Source of the DNA: an uncultured bacterium
GTDB lineage: Bacteria; Patescibacteriota; Minisyncoccia; Phycocordibacterales; PALSA-1337
Length of the DNA stretch: 64,000 bases
NCBI GenBank assembly: GCA_963701025.1
Contig: OY969557.1
Location: 106,405-170,404 of the forward strand
Direction of reading: 5' to 3'
A program made the position numbers and the translations under genes. The notes under the pieces were generated by a model. That model made no database searches, was not told the origin of the DNA, and worked only from the letters and a program-made list of their open reading frames with translations. Below, piece after piece: positions 19,702 through 29,272 of the stretch; within the stretch, counting starts at the first letter, position 1, and each line of letters starts with the position of its first letter.

Positions 19702-20952
19702 TCAGTCAACTATGACGCGCTTGAGATGCGCGGGGATCTTCACGGCGATCTCGTAGCTTATGGTGCCGCATTTTTTTGCTATCGAGACTATGGAATTTGG
19801 ATCAGTCGCATTGTTGCTGATAACGATGGCGGTATCGCCGATCTTCGCACCGCCGTGGACTTTCGATAGGCCGATCTTCGATATATCGATGGTGGTGATA
19901 TTCATGCTGACGCGTCCGATGATGGGGCAGGGGACGCGGCCGGGACCGACTTGAATAAAACCATTTTCGGTACTGCCAGCGCCGTCGATTCTACTTGAGA
20001 GGCGTCGATCGATGCCCTCGAAATAGCCGACGGGAATGGTGGCTATGGTCATATCCTCGTACGCTTTGAATGTTCTGCCGTAGCCGGCGCTTTCGCCGGT
20101 TTTGAGATCTTTCACTTGCGATATGACCGTCTTCATTTCCATGACCGGCCTAAGGTCGAGCTTAGCGGTCAAGGTTTGATTTTCCGATAAACCGTATAAG
20201 CCGATGCCGAGACGCGAAACATTAGCCTCGATGTCATGAGAGAAATAATGCCCGTCGGTCGCGGCAAGGTGCGTATATTTCAACGAAGGGAAAGCCTCGC
20301 GGAATTTCTTGGCTATACGATTCCAGATATGGATCTGTGATTCGGTGAACGATTCATCGCCGTTGTCGGCGTCAGAGAGATGCGAGCAGACGCCTTCGAG
20401 GATGATTGACGGATTATCTCGGATTATCCCAATGGCCTTTTCAGCTTCTTCAGGCATGATCCCTTGGCGCCGCATGCCAGTGTCTACCTTGATATGGACG
20501 CGCACGTTACTCCTGGCAACTGACAAGCTCTCCAGGCCGCCTAGGCTCGTCACGGTGAACGCCACATCGTGCAGACGCGACCGCATCATAGCCTCCGGCC
20601 GGGTATAGCCGATGATGAGAAGGGGAGTTTTTATGCGTCGTGCCCTCAAAGCCACCGCCTCGAAATATGAATCGACGATGAAGAAAGGGATGCCGTCCGA
20701 GTTTTTCTTGCCGCCTTTTTTTGCCGTCTTTTCCAATATATTCGCTACTTCTAGCAGGCCGTGCCCGTAAGCATTGCTTTTGAGCACCGGAGCGACTGCG
20801 CCCTTCGGAGCGAGAGTTGGCCTTGGAGCCAATTTCCTGAATTCGGCCAAGTTGTGCAGAAGACGGCTCTTTGATATCTCGACCGTGATGAGCGGCTCAT
20901 AGGGGAAACGCCGGCGCGACAGCCAGGTGAGGAGATTTTGCATATGTTGCAT
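19702..20952 (-). CDS. alr: alanine racemase
   Basis: PLP-binding motif APVLKSNAYGHG near the N-terminus and a typical C-terminal beta domain. 416 aa with a Lys-rich insertion. Confidence 0.7.
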   Translation of the reverse strand: MQHMQNLLTWLSRRRFPYEPLITVEISKSRLLHNLAEFRKLAPRPTLAPKGAVAPVLKSNAYGHGLLEVANILEKTAKKGGKKNSDGIPFFIVDSYFEAVALRARRIKTPLLIIGYTRPEAMMRSRLHDVAFTVTSLGGLESLSVARSNVRVHIKVDTGMRRQGIMPEEAEKAIGIIRDNPSIILEGVCSHLSDADNGDESFTESQIHIWNRIAKKFREAFPSLKYTHLAATDGHYFSHDIEANVSRLGIGLYGLSENQTLTAKLDLRPVMEMKTVISQVKDLKTGESAGYGRTFKAYEDMTIATIPVGYFEGIDRRLSSRIDGAGSTENGFIQVGPGRVPCPIIGRVSMNITTIDISKIGLSKVHGGAKIGDTAIVISNNATDPNSIVSIAKKCGTISYEIAVKIPAHLKRVIVD

Positions 20953-20975
20953 TATGTTCCAACCTGGGTTATATT
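20947..20975 (+). promoter_or_regulatory. sigma70-like promoter for rpmG: TTGCAT -35, 17-bp spacer, TATATT -10
   Basis: Read directly: ttgcat-tatgttccaacctgggt-tatatt. The -10 ends 24 nt before the rpmG ATG. Divergent from alr. Confidence 0.35.
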
Positions 20976-20999
20976 ACAAGCTCGTTTCTCCATACCGCC

Positions 21000-21155
21000 A
21001 TGTCCCAAAACTCACTCATTCAGCTCAAGAACAAAGAGACCGGCGAGGTCTATTGGACGCGCAAAAACAAGAAGCTCGTCGAGCGCAAAGTCGAATACAA
21101 GAAATACTCCGCCAAACTCCGCAAGCATATCGTCTTCAAGGAAGCGAAGAAATAG
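21000..21155 (+). CDS. rpmG: 50S ribosomal protein L33 (not in the ORF track, <60 aa)
   Basis: Manual translation: MSQNSLIQLKNKETGEVYWTRKNKKLVERKVEYKKYSAKLRKHIVFKEAKK*. This matches the L33 pattern (..KNK...KLELKKYDP.LRKHV.FKE.K). Confidence 0.75.
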   Translation: MSQNSLIQLKNKETGEVYWTRKNKKLVERKVEYKKYSAKLRKHIVFKEAKK

Positions 21156-21173
21156 TTTTGGTATACTAGTGCA

Positions 21174-21827
21174 GTGAAAACTGCATTTAAAATTGATGCA
21201 TGCGTCCTGCGCCGCCGAGGTCATTCGCTCGCTGATCTTTCTCGTCGATTTGGTATCTCAAAGAGCACCGCGTCTCTATGGACTAAAGACATTATCCCCA
21301 GCCAGTTAGGTATTGACGAGATTGAACGGAGAAGGAGATTAAGCCTGATAAAAGGGCACGCAATTCTTTATGATATGAAAATCGGAAGATTGGCCGCGGC
21401 TGAATCCGAAGCAGGGATTCTGATTGCTGGACTAGCAAGGAATAAAGTTATCGATCTGGCGATTTTGTCCATGATATATCAGTGCGAGGGTTCGAAAGAT
21501 AATCGCAGTCTGCGTTTTACTAATTCAGATCCCGATCTGGTGAGACTTTTTCTTGTGACTCTCAGATCTGGTTTTGATATAGATGAAAAAAGGTTACGTA
21601 TGCGAGTCCATATGCATGACTACCACAATGAACAGGACATTCTTGATTTCTGGTCTGGTGTTGCACATATCCCACGCGAACAATTTTACAAATCTTTCCG
21701 GAAATCAAGCGACCACAGATATAAAAAATACGGCTATAAAGGGTGTGTTCATGTTTCTTATTACGACTCAAAAATAAGTCGTGCGGTATCGGCGTTTGCG
21801 AAAAAACTGATTAACCTTTATATTTAA
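21174..21827 (+). CDS. HTH-domain protein, possible degenerate LAGLIDADG-type homing endonuclease, inserted between rpmG and tRNA-Trp
   Basis: N-terminal HTH (GHSLADLSRRFGISKSTASLW). ILIAGLARNKVIDLAILSMIYQCEGS loosely resembles a LAGLIDADG helix; the endonuclease call is weak. Confidence 0.35.
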   Translation: MKTAFKIDACVLRRRGHSLADLSRRFGISKSTASLWTKDIIPSQLGIDEIERRRRLSLIKGHAILYDMKIGRLAAAESEAGILIAGLARNKVIDLAILSMIYQCEGSKDNRSLRFTNSDPDLVRLFLVTLRSGFDIDEKRLRMRVHMHDYHNEQDILDFWSGVAHIPREQFYKSFRKSSDHRYKKYGYKGCVHVSYYDSKISRAVSAFAKKLINLYI

Positions 21828-21853
21828 ACAGTTCCAAAGATGGGATTGATAAG

Positions 21854-21924
21854 GGGCGATTGGTGAAGTGGTATCACAAGACTCTCCAAAAGTTTTGTCG
21901 GGGGTTCGATTCCCTCATCGCCCG
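21854..21924 (+). tRNA. tRNA-Trp (anticodon CCA)
   Basis: GGGCGAT acceptor pairs with ATCGCCC; anticodon stem-loop AGACT-CTCCAAA-AGTTT; T-arm GGGGG-TTCGATT-CCCTC; discriminator G. The 5' end may lie 1 nt upstream. Confidence 0.7.
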
Positions 21925-21989
21925 CACACACTTGACAATAAAACCATATATGGTATACTGCCAGCGTTACCAATGTAACGTCACATCAT

Positions 21990-22475
21990 ATGAATAAAAC
22001 TATTATCTGGGTCGTTGTGATCGTCGTCGTCATCGCCGCCGTGATTTTCGGCGTCACGATGAATCGCGCGCCTTCACAACCGGCTGCTTCTCTCACGGGT
22101 CCGGCTTCGCTCACTCTGACCAACCCATCCGGAGGCACGGTAGACGTTGGCCAGTTGCAGCACGTCGATTGGATATCGACCAACTATGTCGCTCCGACGG
22201 TATCCGTGAATGTCATCCGCAAAGTCTCGGATAATCCGGCTCGTTATGAGCTCGTCCGCACCGTCGCCCGTGCGACGAAGAATGATGGTTCGGCTGTTTG
22301 GGTCCCGGCCGCGCCGGACGTCGGTACCAGCGATCTCATCCAAGTCGGTTGTACGCCGACCTCCCAGGCCTGCACCGCCGGCGTCTCCGGTTCTCCGCTC
22401 GCCGTCGTCAACACCGGTGCTTATGCCAATACCGCCGCCGCATATCAGGCCATCGAGCAGTTGGATAACAAATAA
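21990..22475 (+). CDS. hypothetical N-terminally anchored extracytoplasmic protein
   Basis: 161 aa. TM helix IIWVVVIVVVIAAVIFGV, then a Ser/Thr/Ala-rich beta-type domain. No family recognised. Confidence 0.45.
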   Translation: MNKTIIWVVVIVVVIAAVIFGVTMNRAPSQPAASLTGPASLTLTNPSGGTVDVGQLQHVDWISTNYVAPTVSVNVIRKVSDNPARYELVRTVARATKNDGSAVWVPAAPDVGTSDLIQVGCTPTSQACTAGVSGSPLAVVNTGAYANTAAAYQAIEQLDNK

Positions 22476-22500
22476 AGCAGAGTTATCCCTAAAAAGCAGA

Positions 22501-22526
22501 GGCCGCCCCCCGAGGGCGGTTTTCTG
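22501..22526 (+). terminator. rho-independent terminator: GGCCGCCC-CCCGA-GGGCGG-TTTTCT
   Basis: Perfect GC-rich stem plus T-tract 25 nt after the stop of 21990..22475. Confidence 0.6.
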
Positions 22527-22634
22527 ATTAGCTACCCCTTGACTTCTTCCTTCAAGCATTGTAGGTTTCTAATGAATTTGGCTCCATGACGGAGTATGGC
22601 AGATTAACAAGAACATACCACAAAGGGGGAAAGA

Positions 22635-23735
22635 ATGCCTATGAACGGACGAATAAAAGTCGGTCTTGTCGGTTGCGGTTATTGGGGGCCAAAGCTGGCC
22701 CGTAATTTCCGGGACCTTCCGGAACAATGCGAGCTTAACATGCTCTGCGACGCGAATGCGTGTAGTATTGACGCCATGCGGTGCGACCATCCAGACGTCG
22801 AAATGACCACGGATTTCGGGGTTGTCCTCAACGGGGCCAACCTCGACGCCATAGTCATCGCCACGCCGGTTCACACGCACTACCCGCTGGCGGTGCGCGC
22901 GCTCAAATCCGGGAAGCACGTCTTCATCGAAAAGCCTATGGCTGATTCTTCGAAGAATTGCGAGGAATTGATCGCCATCGCCGAACAGAAGGGCCTAGTG
23001 CTCATGGTGGGGCACACCTTCCTATACTCGCCGGCTGTAAGGCGGATCAAGGAGATCATCGAGAGCGGCGAGATCGGCAGGGTCACGAGCATAACCGCCG
23101 ATCGTCTTAACCTGGGAAATTTCCAGAAAGACATCAATGTCGCCTGGGACCTGGCGCCCCACGACATCTCGATCGCCTTGTCCATCATGGGCGATATGCC
23201 GATCGCGGTAAGTTGCACCGGCTTCGCCCATGTCACGCAGGGGATCGAAGACCTCACAACGGTTTCATTGGAATTCTCCGGCGGTCGTTCGGCTATAATC
23301 AAGAGCAGCTGGCGGCATCCGGTGAAAGTCCGCGATACGGTCATCATCGGAGACAAAGGGATGATCGTCTACAACGACGTTCCTACCCGTCTCTCGGAGA
23401 AAATCAAGATCTTCGACGCGCGCGTCGAGCGGGTCAGTCGTCCCGGCACGCTGGGATTTGGGTACAGGTACCAGCGTCCCAGTGAAGCCCGGCTCGCGAC
23501 GGTCAGCGCCGAAGAGCCACTCAATGAGGTGTGTCGGCATTTCTTGGACTGCATCAGGCATGGCAAGAAGCCGCTCTCCGACGGCGATCAGGGTCTGCGG
23601 GTAGTCCGCATCCTTGAGGCGGCGACGAGGTCGTTGCGGGAGGATGGCAGGATGGTACGCCTTGATATGGAGCCGAGACGGTACAGTCTTCACCACTATG
23701 AATACGCGCAGACGGAAAGCCCCCTTGTTATTTGA
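22635..23735 (+). CDS. Gfo/Idh/MocA-family NAD(P)-dependent oxidoreductase
   Basis: N-terminal Rossmann motif KVGLVGCGYWG and FIEKPMA (EKP motif). 366 aa with a typical C-terminal alpha/beta domain. Confidence 0.7.
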   Translation: MPMNGRIKVGLVGCGYWGPKLARNFRDLPEQCELNMLCDANACSIDAMRCDHPDVEMTTDFGVVLNGANLDAIVIATPVHTHYPLAVRALKSGKHVFIEKPMADSSKNCEELIAIAEQKGLVLMVGHTFLYSPAVRRIKEIIESGEIGRVTSITADRLNLGNFQKDINVAWDLAPHDISIALSIMGDMPIAVSCTGFAHVTQGIEDLTTVSLEFSGGRSAIIKSSWRHPVKVRDTVIIGDKGMIVYNDVPTRLSEKIKIFDARVERVSRPGTLGFGYRYQRPSEARLATVSAEEPLNEVCRHFLDCIRHGKKPLSDGDQGLRVVRILEAATRSLREDGRMVRLDMEPRRYSLHHYEYAQTESPLVI

Positions 23736-23855
23736 ACAAGAGCGCACGAACCAAGCCCCGGACAGACATCTGCCCGGGCTTTTTATACAAAGACTGCATT
23801 GACGGAAGCTCTCCGGAGGTGTAATCTGGAATAAAGCACAAAGAAAGGCACCAAA

Positions 23856-24362
23856 ATGTCTGATGTGAAAGTGAAGAGGATCATCATCGCCCGTCACGGC
23901 TCCGGTTGGACGGATCTCGACGAGTTCGGTCTACGACAGACGGAAAAGTTAGCCCTAGCCGTCAAAGCCAGCCTGAACGGAGGCGGCGTCGCTCTCTTGT
24001 CGTCAACAGCTCCCAAAGCTGAACAGAGCGCCGAGATATTCTCGGGCATACTGGATATCCCATTCGAGAGGCACGAGCTTCTCTGGGCGGGGTTCGATAG
24101 CCCTGGTCGGAACAGACGGAACGGCGACCCGGTCGGTCTTACCGCGGCGCTCCAGCTCATAGAAGCTTCGGAGATGGAAACGGTCATCTTGATAACTCAT
24201 CTGGAGTACACTCGGGAGCTTCCCCGCGCTGTCAAGGACAGACTCCTTGGGGATGGAGCCGATTTTCCGTTTGAAGCGTTGAAAGCCGGGCAGGCCTGGG
24301 TTATCGATTGCGAGGCCAAGACCTGCACCAGATTGCCCGAAGCCGTCGGATACGAAATATAA
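23856..24362 (+). CDS. histidine-phosphatase superfamily protein (SixA/PGAM-like)
   Basis: IIIARHGSGW (RHG catalytic motif) and a downstream His region (LITHLEY). 168 aa. Confidence 0.5.
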   Translation: MSDVKVKRIIIARHGSGWTDLDEFGLRQTEKLALAVKASLNGGGVALLSSTAPKAEQSAEIFSGILDIPFERHELLWAGFDSPGRNRRNGDPVGLTAALQLIEASEMETVILITHLEYTRELPRAVKDRLLGDGADFPFEALKAGQAWVIDCEAKTCTRLPEAVGYEI

Positions 24363-24423
24363 GCTCCGTATGCTCCACATTGACCGCGTGAAAGAAGTAA
24401 CGCGGCCTTTTTATTAAATTGGC

Positions 24424-25140
24424 ATGGCGAGTTCCGGATGGATATTGTATGCTTTGTCGATCATGTACCATCGCGCCAAAGCCCATTTCAAGAAAGCCGA
24501 TCCGACTCTATATCGAGCCGTCAAGCTTCACAAGATCGCCGATATCCGGCGCTCGCGCGACGTCTTCGGAGATCTAGTCCATGCCATAGTCAATCAGCAG
24601 CTTTCCGGTAAAGCCGCTGATACCATCTATAAAAGACTCGAGGCTCTCGTTGGTAGCCGCGATGGCAATGGAAAGGGAAATCACGCCAAGGAAAAGGGAA
24701 ACGGCGGCAAGGAATGGGGCAAGAGGAGGTTGAGCACTATTGTTCCTCAAGCCATTCTCAAGCTTTCGGTTCCCGCCATGCGCGCCTGCGGCTTGTCCGC
24801 GGCAAAGATCAAGAGCATCAAAGGCCTGGCTAAAGCCGTCGAGAGCAAAGAGATAGATCTCATCGAGATCCACAAGCATGATGACGAAAAAGTCATGGAA
24901 CTTCTGACATCGCAAAAAGGCATCGGTCCGTGGACTGCGGAGATGATCCTCATGTTCTCTCTTGGCCGCACCGACATTTTTTCAAAAGGGGATTTGGGCC
25001 TGCGCAAAGGTATCATGCGCCTTTACGGCCTGAAAAAGTTGCCGAGTGATCGGTTCATGGACAAGCTCGCCAAACGTTGGTCACCTTATCGAACGTACGC
25101 CGCGCGAGTCCTGTGGAGAGTGGCGGATGGGGAGAAATGA
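24424..25140 (+). CDS. HhH-GPD base-excision glycosylase, AlkA-like (DNA-3-methyladenine glycosylase II)
   Basis: LTSQKGIGPWTAEMILMFSLGRTDIFSKGDLGLRKG is the helix-hairpin-helix plus catalytic Asp signature of AlkA/HhH-GPD enzymes. Confidence 0.6.
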   Translation: MASSGWILYALSIMYHRAKAHFKKADPTLYRAVKLHKIADIRRSRDVFGDLVHAIVNQQLSGKAADTIYKRLEALVGSRDGNGKGNHAKEKGNGGKEWGKRRLSTIVPQAILKLSVPAMRACGLSAAKIKSIKGLAKAVESKEIDLIEIHKHDDEKVMELLTSQKGIGPWTAEMILMFSLGRTDIFSKGDLGLRKGIMRLYGLKKLPSDRFMDKLAKRWSPYRTYAARVLWRVADGEK

Positions 25141-25220
25141 AATCAATTTGGAGTTGAAATAAAAAAGCCGCAAGTTTTGCCGGCGGCTTGAAGTTGACGG
25201 TACGATGAGTCGTTCAAATA

Positions 25221-25928
25221 TTACACCCGCATCTCGACCTTGAATCCAAGTTCCTCAAAGAATCCATAAGCGTGTGAGAGGTCCTTGAACAGGAACGGCC
25301 TGACGTCGAACCCGCGTTCCTTTGCCCAACTGGCATAACGATCCGACATGATCGGCGAAGCGTTGACATCGCATAAGAGCTCGATGTCAGGAGTGATCCA
25401 TATGCCGCCGTTCTTGGCCAGCAGACGGGCCACATTCCTGGCGATGGCCACTTTGTCCGGCCAGCTTATATAGCGCAGGAGGCCTTCGCAGGTCACGGCC
25501 ACTGGCATGCAGTTAAAATGCTGGCACGCTCGATCGAAATCTTTCTCATCTGACGCGGTGCCTTGCTCGAGAATGAGGTTCGAAGGCCATGTAGCTTTGG
25601 CATCCACGATTTGCTTCAGGACATTGGCTTTCAATGCGCTGTTGCCTGGCAGGTCGAGCTCTACATAGTTGCCATTGTCCTCGTTCATGGACCAGATGAG
25701 GCCTCTGGGCGACATGCCGGCCGCTAATTCGAGGACTTGCGTGATACCTCGTTCCTTGATGACGACGTCGGTCATCTTGTAACGGGTCTCAAAGTAGGGG
25801 ACGATGACGGGCCAACTGTCCACTCTGTCTTTGTCGTTCGGTCGGAGCGGTCCTTGTTGGGCCATAAGTATATCCCATATCCTTGCGGAGAACGGGATAT
25901 CCGTAAAGGCGGCGCGGATATATGCCAC
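25221..25928 (-). CDS. putative class I SAM-dependent methyltransferase (LCM/TcmP-like)
   Basis: Motif I-like TQVLELAAGMSPRGL followed by an acidic residue. Weak family assignment. Confidence 0.4.
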   Translation of the reverse strand: MAYIRAAFTDIPFSARIWDILMAQQGPLRPNDKDRVDSWPVIVPYFETRYKMTDVVIKERGITQVLELAAGMSPRGLIWSMNEDNGNYVELDLPGNSALKANVLKQIVDAKATWPSNLILEQGTASDEKDFDRACQHFNCMPVAVTCEGLLRYISWPDKVAIARNVARLLAKNGGIWITPDIELLCDVNASPIMSDRYASWAKERGFDVRPFLFKDLSHAYGFFEELGFKVEMRV

Positions 25929-25961
25929 TCTTTTCTATGTCGATATAAGGCTTAAACATCA

Positions 25962-26566
25962 GGCTTAAACTGGAAATATGCCCCTCACCCTCATCTTCGA
26001 AGCTCACGGCACGACATTCGACAATGAAGCCCATCTATCGTCGGGCTGGAATGATATAGCCCTGTCGCCGCTCGGGGAAAAGCAGAGCCGCGAGATGGGG
26101 GAACGCTACAAGGACGACCATTTCGACGCCATATTCACTTCGGACCTGGAGCGCGCATACCGCTCGGCTGAGATCGGCTTTGGTGACAAGTGGCCGATTA
26201 TCCACGACAAGCGGCTACGAGAATGCGACTACGGCGATATGACGCAGAAGCCTTCCGCTATGGTCGACGCCGAGAAGCCAAAGCGTCTCCATGAGCCCTT
26301 TCCGAACGGGGAAAGCTATGACGAGACTTATGTGCGCATGAAGTCATTCCTGGATGATTTGCGACGCGATTATGCAGGCAAGCCCAGTGGAGGCCCTGCT
26401 GGCCCTAGGGTCATGGTCATCGGCAACGCTTTGCATGACCCTGCTGGGTCAGCCACAGGGCGACGCAGTATACCATAGAGCATATGTTGAATGGGGTGCC
26501 GTATGAGAAGCTCGTCACTAGTCATTCCAGACGGGCAGCCGGGGTGGGTGTATGAGGTGAAATAAG
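25962..26566. repeat. direct duplication, copy 1 (histidine-phosphatase gene plus upstream leader), degraded
   Basis: Aligns to 27577..28132 including the leader ggcttaaactggaaatatgccc. Carries an insertion and a frameshift near the 3' end. Confidence 0.7.
25978..26478 (+). pseudogene. histidine-phosphatase (PGAM-like) paralog with frameshifted C-terminus
   Basis: Identical to 27593..28132 over about 140 aa, then diverges (..AGKPSGGPAGPRVMVIGNALHDPAGSATGRRSIP) because of an insertion and an indel. The intact C-terminal residues are visible out of frame. Confidence 0.45.
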
Positions 26567-26574
26567 TCAGCTCT

Positions 26575-27225
26575 TTAATTTTTGCTCTGCTTTCGACTCC
26601 TGATTTTCTTTTCTTTTTGAAGGGTGTCCAGAGATCCTCTAAGAATGAGTTTCTTTAGTGATTCATAATCTCCATATTTATCTACTTGGCATAATGCATC
26701 GATGTACTTATCCTTGTCTTCGGCTTCAAACCGGACTTCAGTTGGCGGAAAATTGAATCTGCGCAGAACCACGTTGGTCATAAGACGCGCGGTTCGACCG
26801 TTTGCTTCAGTAAAAGGATGGATAGCGACTATACTATGTTGCACCCAAGCCGCAAGGCCGAGCACATCATCGATAAATTTCTTTCTAGCCGTTTTACTGT
26901 GCGGATGAGTATGAATCGGAATAAGCGATACTCGGTGAGACATGTTTTTTCCGAATTCATGTGCTATTTCCATTACTCTAGAACCAAGGGGCGGCTCGAC
27001 GCATTTAAGCTTCATTATGTCTTGACCGGCTATGCGTAGCTTCCCAGCTGCTTCTGGAGAAGCGTATTCAAGTATGCATTTATTAAGCTCTAGGACGACA
27101 TTCAAGTTGATCTCTCGATCACTTGTGCCTATATCTTTGGACAAAGCAATAGCTTTCCAAAAACCTTTTGCTTCGCGGTCTTCCAAGTCTACTTTATGAT
27201 GAGGCCGCTCGAATTCATTATGCAT
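26575..27225 (-). CDS. Fic/DOC-family protein (AMPylase-type toxin domain)
   Basis: Fic motif IHPFTEANGRTARL (HPFx[D/E]GNGRxxR with G to A in the middle). 216 aa. Confidence 0.75.
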   Translation of the reverse strand: MHNEFERPHHKVDLEDREAKGFWKAIALSKDIGTSDREINLNVVLELNKCILEYASPEAAGKLRIAGQDIMKLKCVEPPLGSRVMEIAHEFGKNMSHRVSLIPIHTHPHSKTARKKFIDDVLGLAAWVQHSIVAIHPFTEANGRTARLMTNVVLRRFNFPPTEVRFEAEDKDKYIDALCQVDKYGDYESLKKLILRGSLDTLQKEKKIRSRKQSKN

Positions 27226-27508
27226 GTATAGCTTTCTCTATTCGTCCGCTTTCGTTAAGATGTGAACCTTCGATTTTGCTCGAATTATAAAGATGATCTA
27301 TTGCTACACTGTGTTCAAATTTAGCCCTTTCGACAGCAGAAAACTCTGGCAGTTTATTAACTGCGTTTTGTACGTTTATAAAACGGTCTATTAAATCACC
27401 CCTAGTTGAGGTTGATCTTTTAAGGGTTGTCCTTTTCATATGATTATTATACCACCCATATGACGTACTAGGTGCGGATAAGTGGCAGATGTCCAACATT
27501 ATAGGCAT
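27218..27508 (-). CDS. small protein carrying a Fic inhibitory-helix motif (SxxxEG); antitoxin-like partner or split N-terminus of the Fic protein
   Basis: ..HLYNSSKIEGSHLNE contains [S/T]xxxE[G/N]. Its stop overlaps the Fic start in ATGCATAA (8-nt overlap, different frames). The true start may be the internal Met (MKRTTLK). Confidence 0.5.
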   Translation of the reverse strand: MPIMLDICHLSAPSTSYGWYNNHMKRTTLKRSTSTRGDLIDRFINVQNAVNKLPEFSAVERAKFEHSVAIDHLYNSSKIEGSHLNESGRIEKAIHA

Positions 27509-27576
27509 TTTTTGATTATGTCAAGCATAATAAACTGTGTACAAATGAAAACATGGATTTACTTATTTCCACATAG

Positions 27577-28132
27577 GGCTTAAACTGGAAATATGCCCAA
27601 TCCCCTCACCCTCATCTTCGAAGCTCACGGCACAACGTTCGACAATGAAGCCCACCTCTCGTCAGGCTGGAATGATATAGCATTGTCGCCACTCGGGGAA
27701 AAGCAGAGCCGCGAGATGGGCGAGCGCTACAAGGATGACCATTTCGACGCCATATTCACTTCGGACCTGGAGCGCGCGTACCGCTCGGCCGAGATCGGCT
27801 TTGGTAACCGCTGGCCTATCATCCGCGACAAGCGCCTACGCGAGTGCCATTACGGCGACCTGACACAAAAGCCTTCCGCCATGGTGGACGCCGAGAAGCC
27901 AAAGCGTCTCCATGAGCCCTTTCCGAACGGGGAAAGCTATGACCAGACTTATGTGCGCATGAAGTCATTCCTGGACGATTTGCGACGCGATTATGCCGGC
28001 AAGAGGGTCATGGTCATCGGCCACAGGGCGACGCAGTATGCCATAGAGCATATGTTGAATGGGGTGCCGTATGAGAAGCTCGTCACTAATCATTTCAAAT
28101 GGCAGCCGGGGTGGGTGTATGAGGTGAAATAA
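27577..28132. repeat. direct duplication, copy 2 (intact histidine-phosphatase gene)
   Basis: See 25962..26566. Confidence 0.7.
27593..28132 (+). CDS. histidine-phosphatase superfamily (PGAM-like) protein, RHG replaced by AHG
   Basis: LIFEAHGTTFDNEAHLSSGWNDIALSPLGEKQ..FDAIFTSDLERAYRSAEI follows the PGAM N-terminal pattern with Ala in place of the catalytic Arg. 179 aa. Confidence 0.5.
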   Translation: MPNPLTLIFEAHGTTFDNEAHLSSGWNDIALSPLGEKQSREMGERYKDDHFDAIFTSDLERAYRSAEIGFGNRWPIIRDKRLRECHYGDLTQKPSAMVDAEKPKRLHEPFPNGESYDQTYVRMKSFLDDLRRDYAGKRVMVIGHRATQYAIEHMLNGVPYEKLVTNHFKWQPGWVYEVK

Positions 28133-28136
28133 AAAA

Positions 28137-28155
28137 GGTAGCAACTGTTGCTACC
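28137..28155 (+). terminator. hairpin GGTAGCAAC-TG-TTGCTACC flanked by A-tract and T-rich sequence (possible bidirectional terminator)
   Basis: Starts 5 nt after the stop of 27593..28132. Confidence 0.35.
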
Positions 28156-28492
28156 CTTGTGTCATCTTGATTAGCCTATGCAGTAAGTGACTTCTCGCCC
28201 CCTTGAGGTTCATTGTTCGGTGTGAAGTCTGGCGGTCCTGAACAATTGTCGCCTTGGGCGCGCATGGTAGGTTTCCGTCCCCGGATGTAATCTTCCATGG
28301 AAGTGCCTTTTGTGCATTCAAATCCGTTGCCGCCTACGACGAGAAAAATGCAAGTCGCTGGCCCTTCCCCGAATTTGCATCGTTTCTTGGCAGTGTCATT
28401 GCTCATTGGTGTCGGTTGGTTCATATGTCCTTTCGTTCAGTTTGTTGGTGCTGCTAGACTCTACATTACATTTATTGTATTATTTGTCAATA

Positions 28493-29203
28493 ATGTCCGA
28501 CATCGACCTCTACAACAAATCTCCCAAGGAATATGAGCATCTACAGCACATGCGACCTGATTATGTTGGTGCAATTGGAGAATTTCTAGATTTAGCCACT
28601 AAATACTTGAAAGACAAAAAAGATGTCACGATCGCTGATTTTTGCTGTGGCACGGGTGAGAACACCGAGCGTTTGGTTGGAAAGATGAAGATTAGGAGGG
28701 CTACTCTGATAGATATAAACAAAGAATTCCTTCGAATAGTCATGGAGAAGAAGTTCGGCATCGAAGAGGTGATTCCGGTCGTTTCGGATATTTTAGAGGC
28801 TCAAGTACCGAATGATAATGACGCCGTCATCTCAATGTTCGCATATCATCATGTCACCGATGACCGAAAGGCAAAATATATCTCTGCAGCCAAAGCGGCA
28901 CTCAAGTCTGGAGGTATCCTTCTTCTAGGGGAGATATATAGTCCAGACAAGCAGACAACACTCGACTATTATGAGCATCTAATTCGTTCTATCCCTGGCG
29001 CAGAGCAAAATGTTCCGCTCCAGACATTTCTCCGCCAGACGGCACAAAGTGATGATTTTGAATATAAAGTCTCGCGCGCATTTGCGCATGAACAGCTCAA
29101 GAGGGCCGGATTCGAGCTCATTGAAGCAAAGAAGATTTGGCCTACAGATGATACTTTTCCGATTGATATTGGGACTTTCGTAGAGGTGTGGAGGGTGAAA
29201 TAG
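28493..29203 (+). CDS. class I SAM-dependent methyltransferase
   Basis: Motif I IADFCCGTGENT, motif II-like DAVISMFAYHH and post-motif GGILLLGE. The ORF-track start at 28310 runs upstream; the Met at 28493 (MSDIDLYNK) is the likely start. Confidence 0.65.
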   Translation: MSDIDLYNKSPKEYEHLQHMRPDYVGAIGEFLDLATKYLKDKKDVTIADFCCGTGENTERLVGKMKIRRATLIDINKEFLRIVMEKKFGIEEVIPVVSDILEAQVPNDNDAVISMFAYHHVTDDRKAKYISAAKAALKSGGILLLGEIYSPDKQTTLDYYEHLIRSIPGAEQNVPLQTFLRQTAQSDDFEYKVSRAFAHEQLKRAGFELIEAKKIWPTDDTFPIDIGTFVEVWRVK

Positions 29204-29272
29204 ATATACCTACAACATGGACACGTTTACATTAGTAGTTTACATTTTCTAAAAATATTGTAATATATAGAT

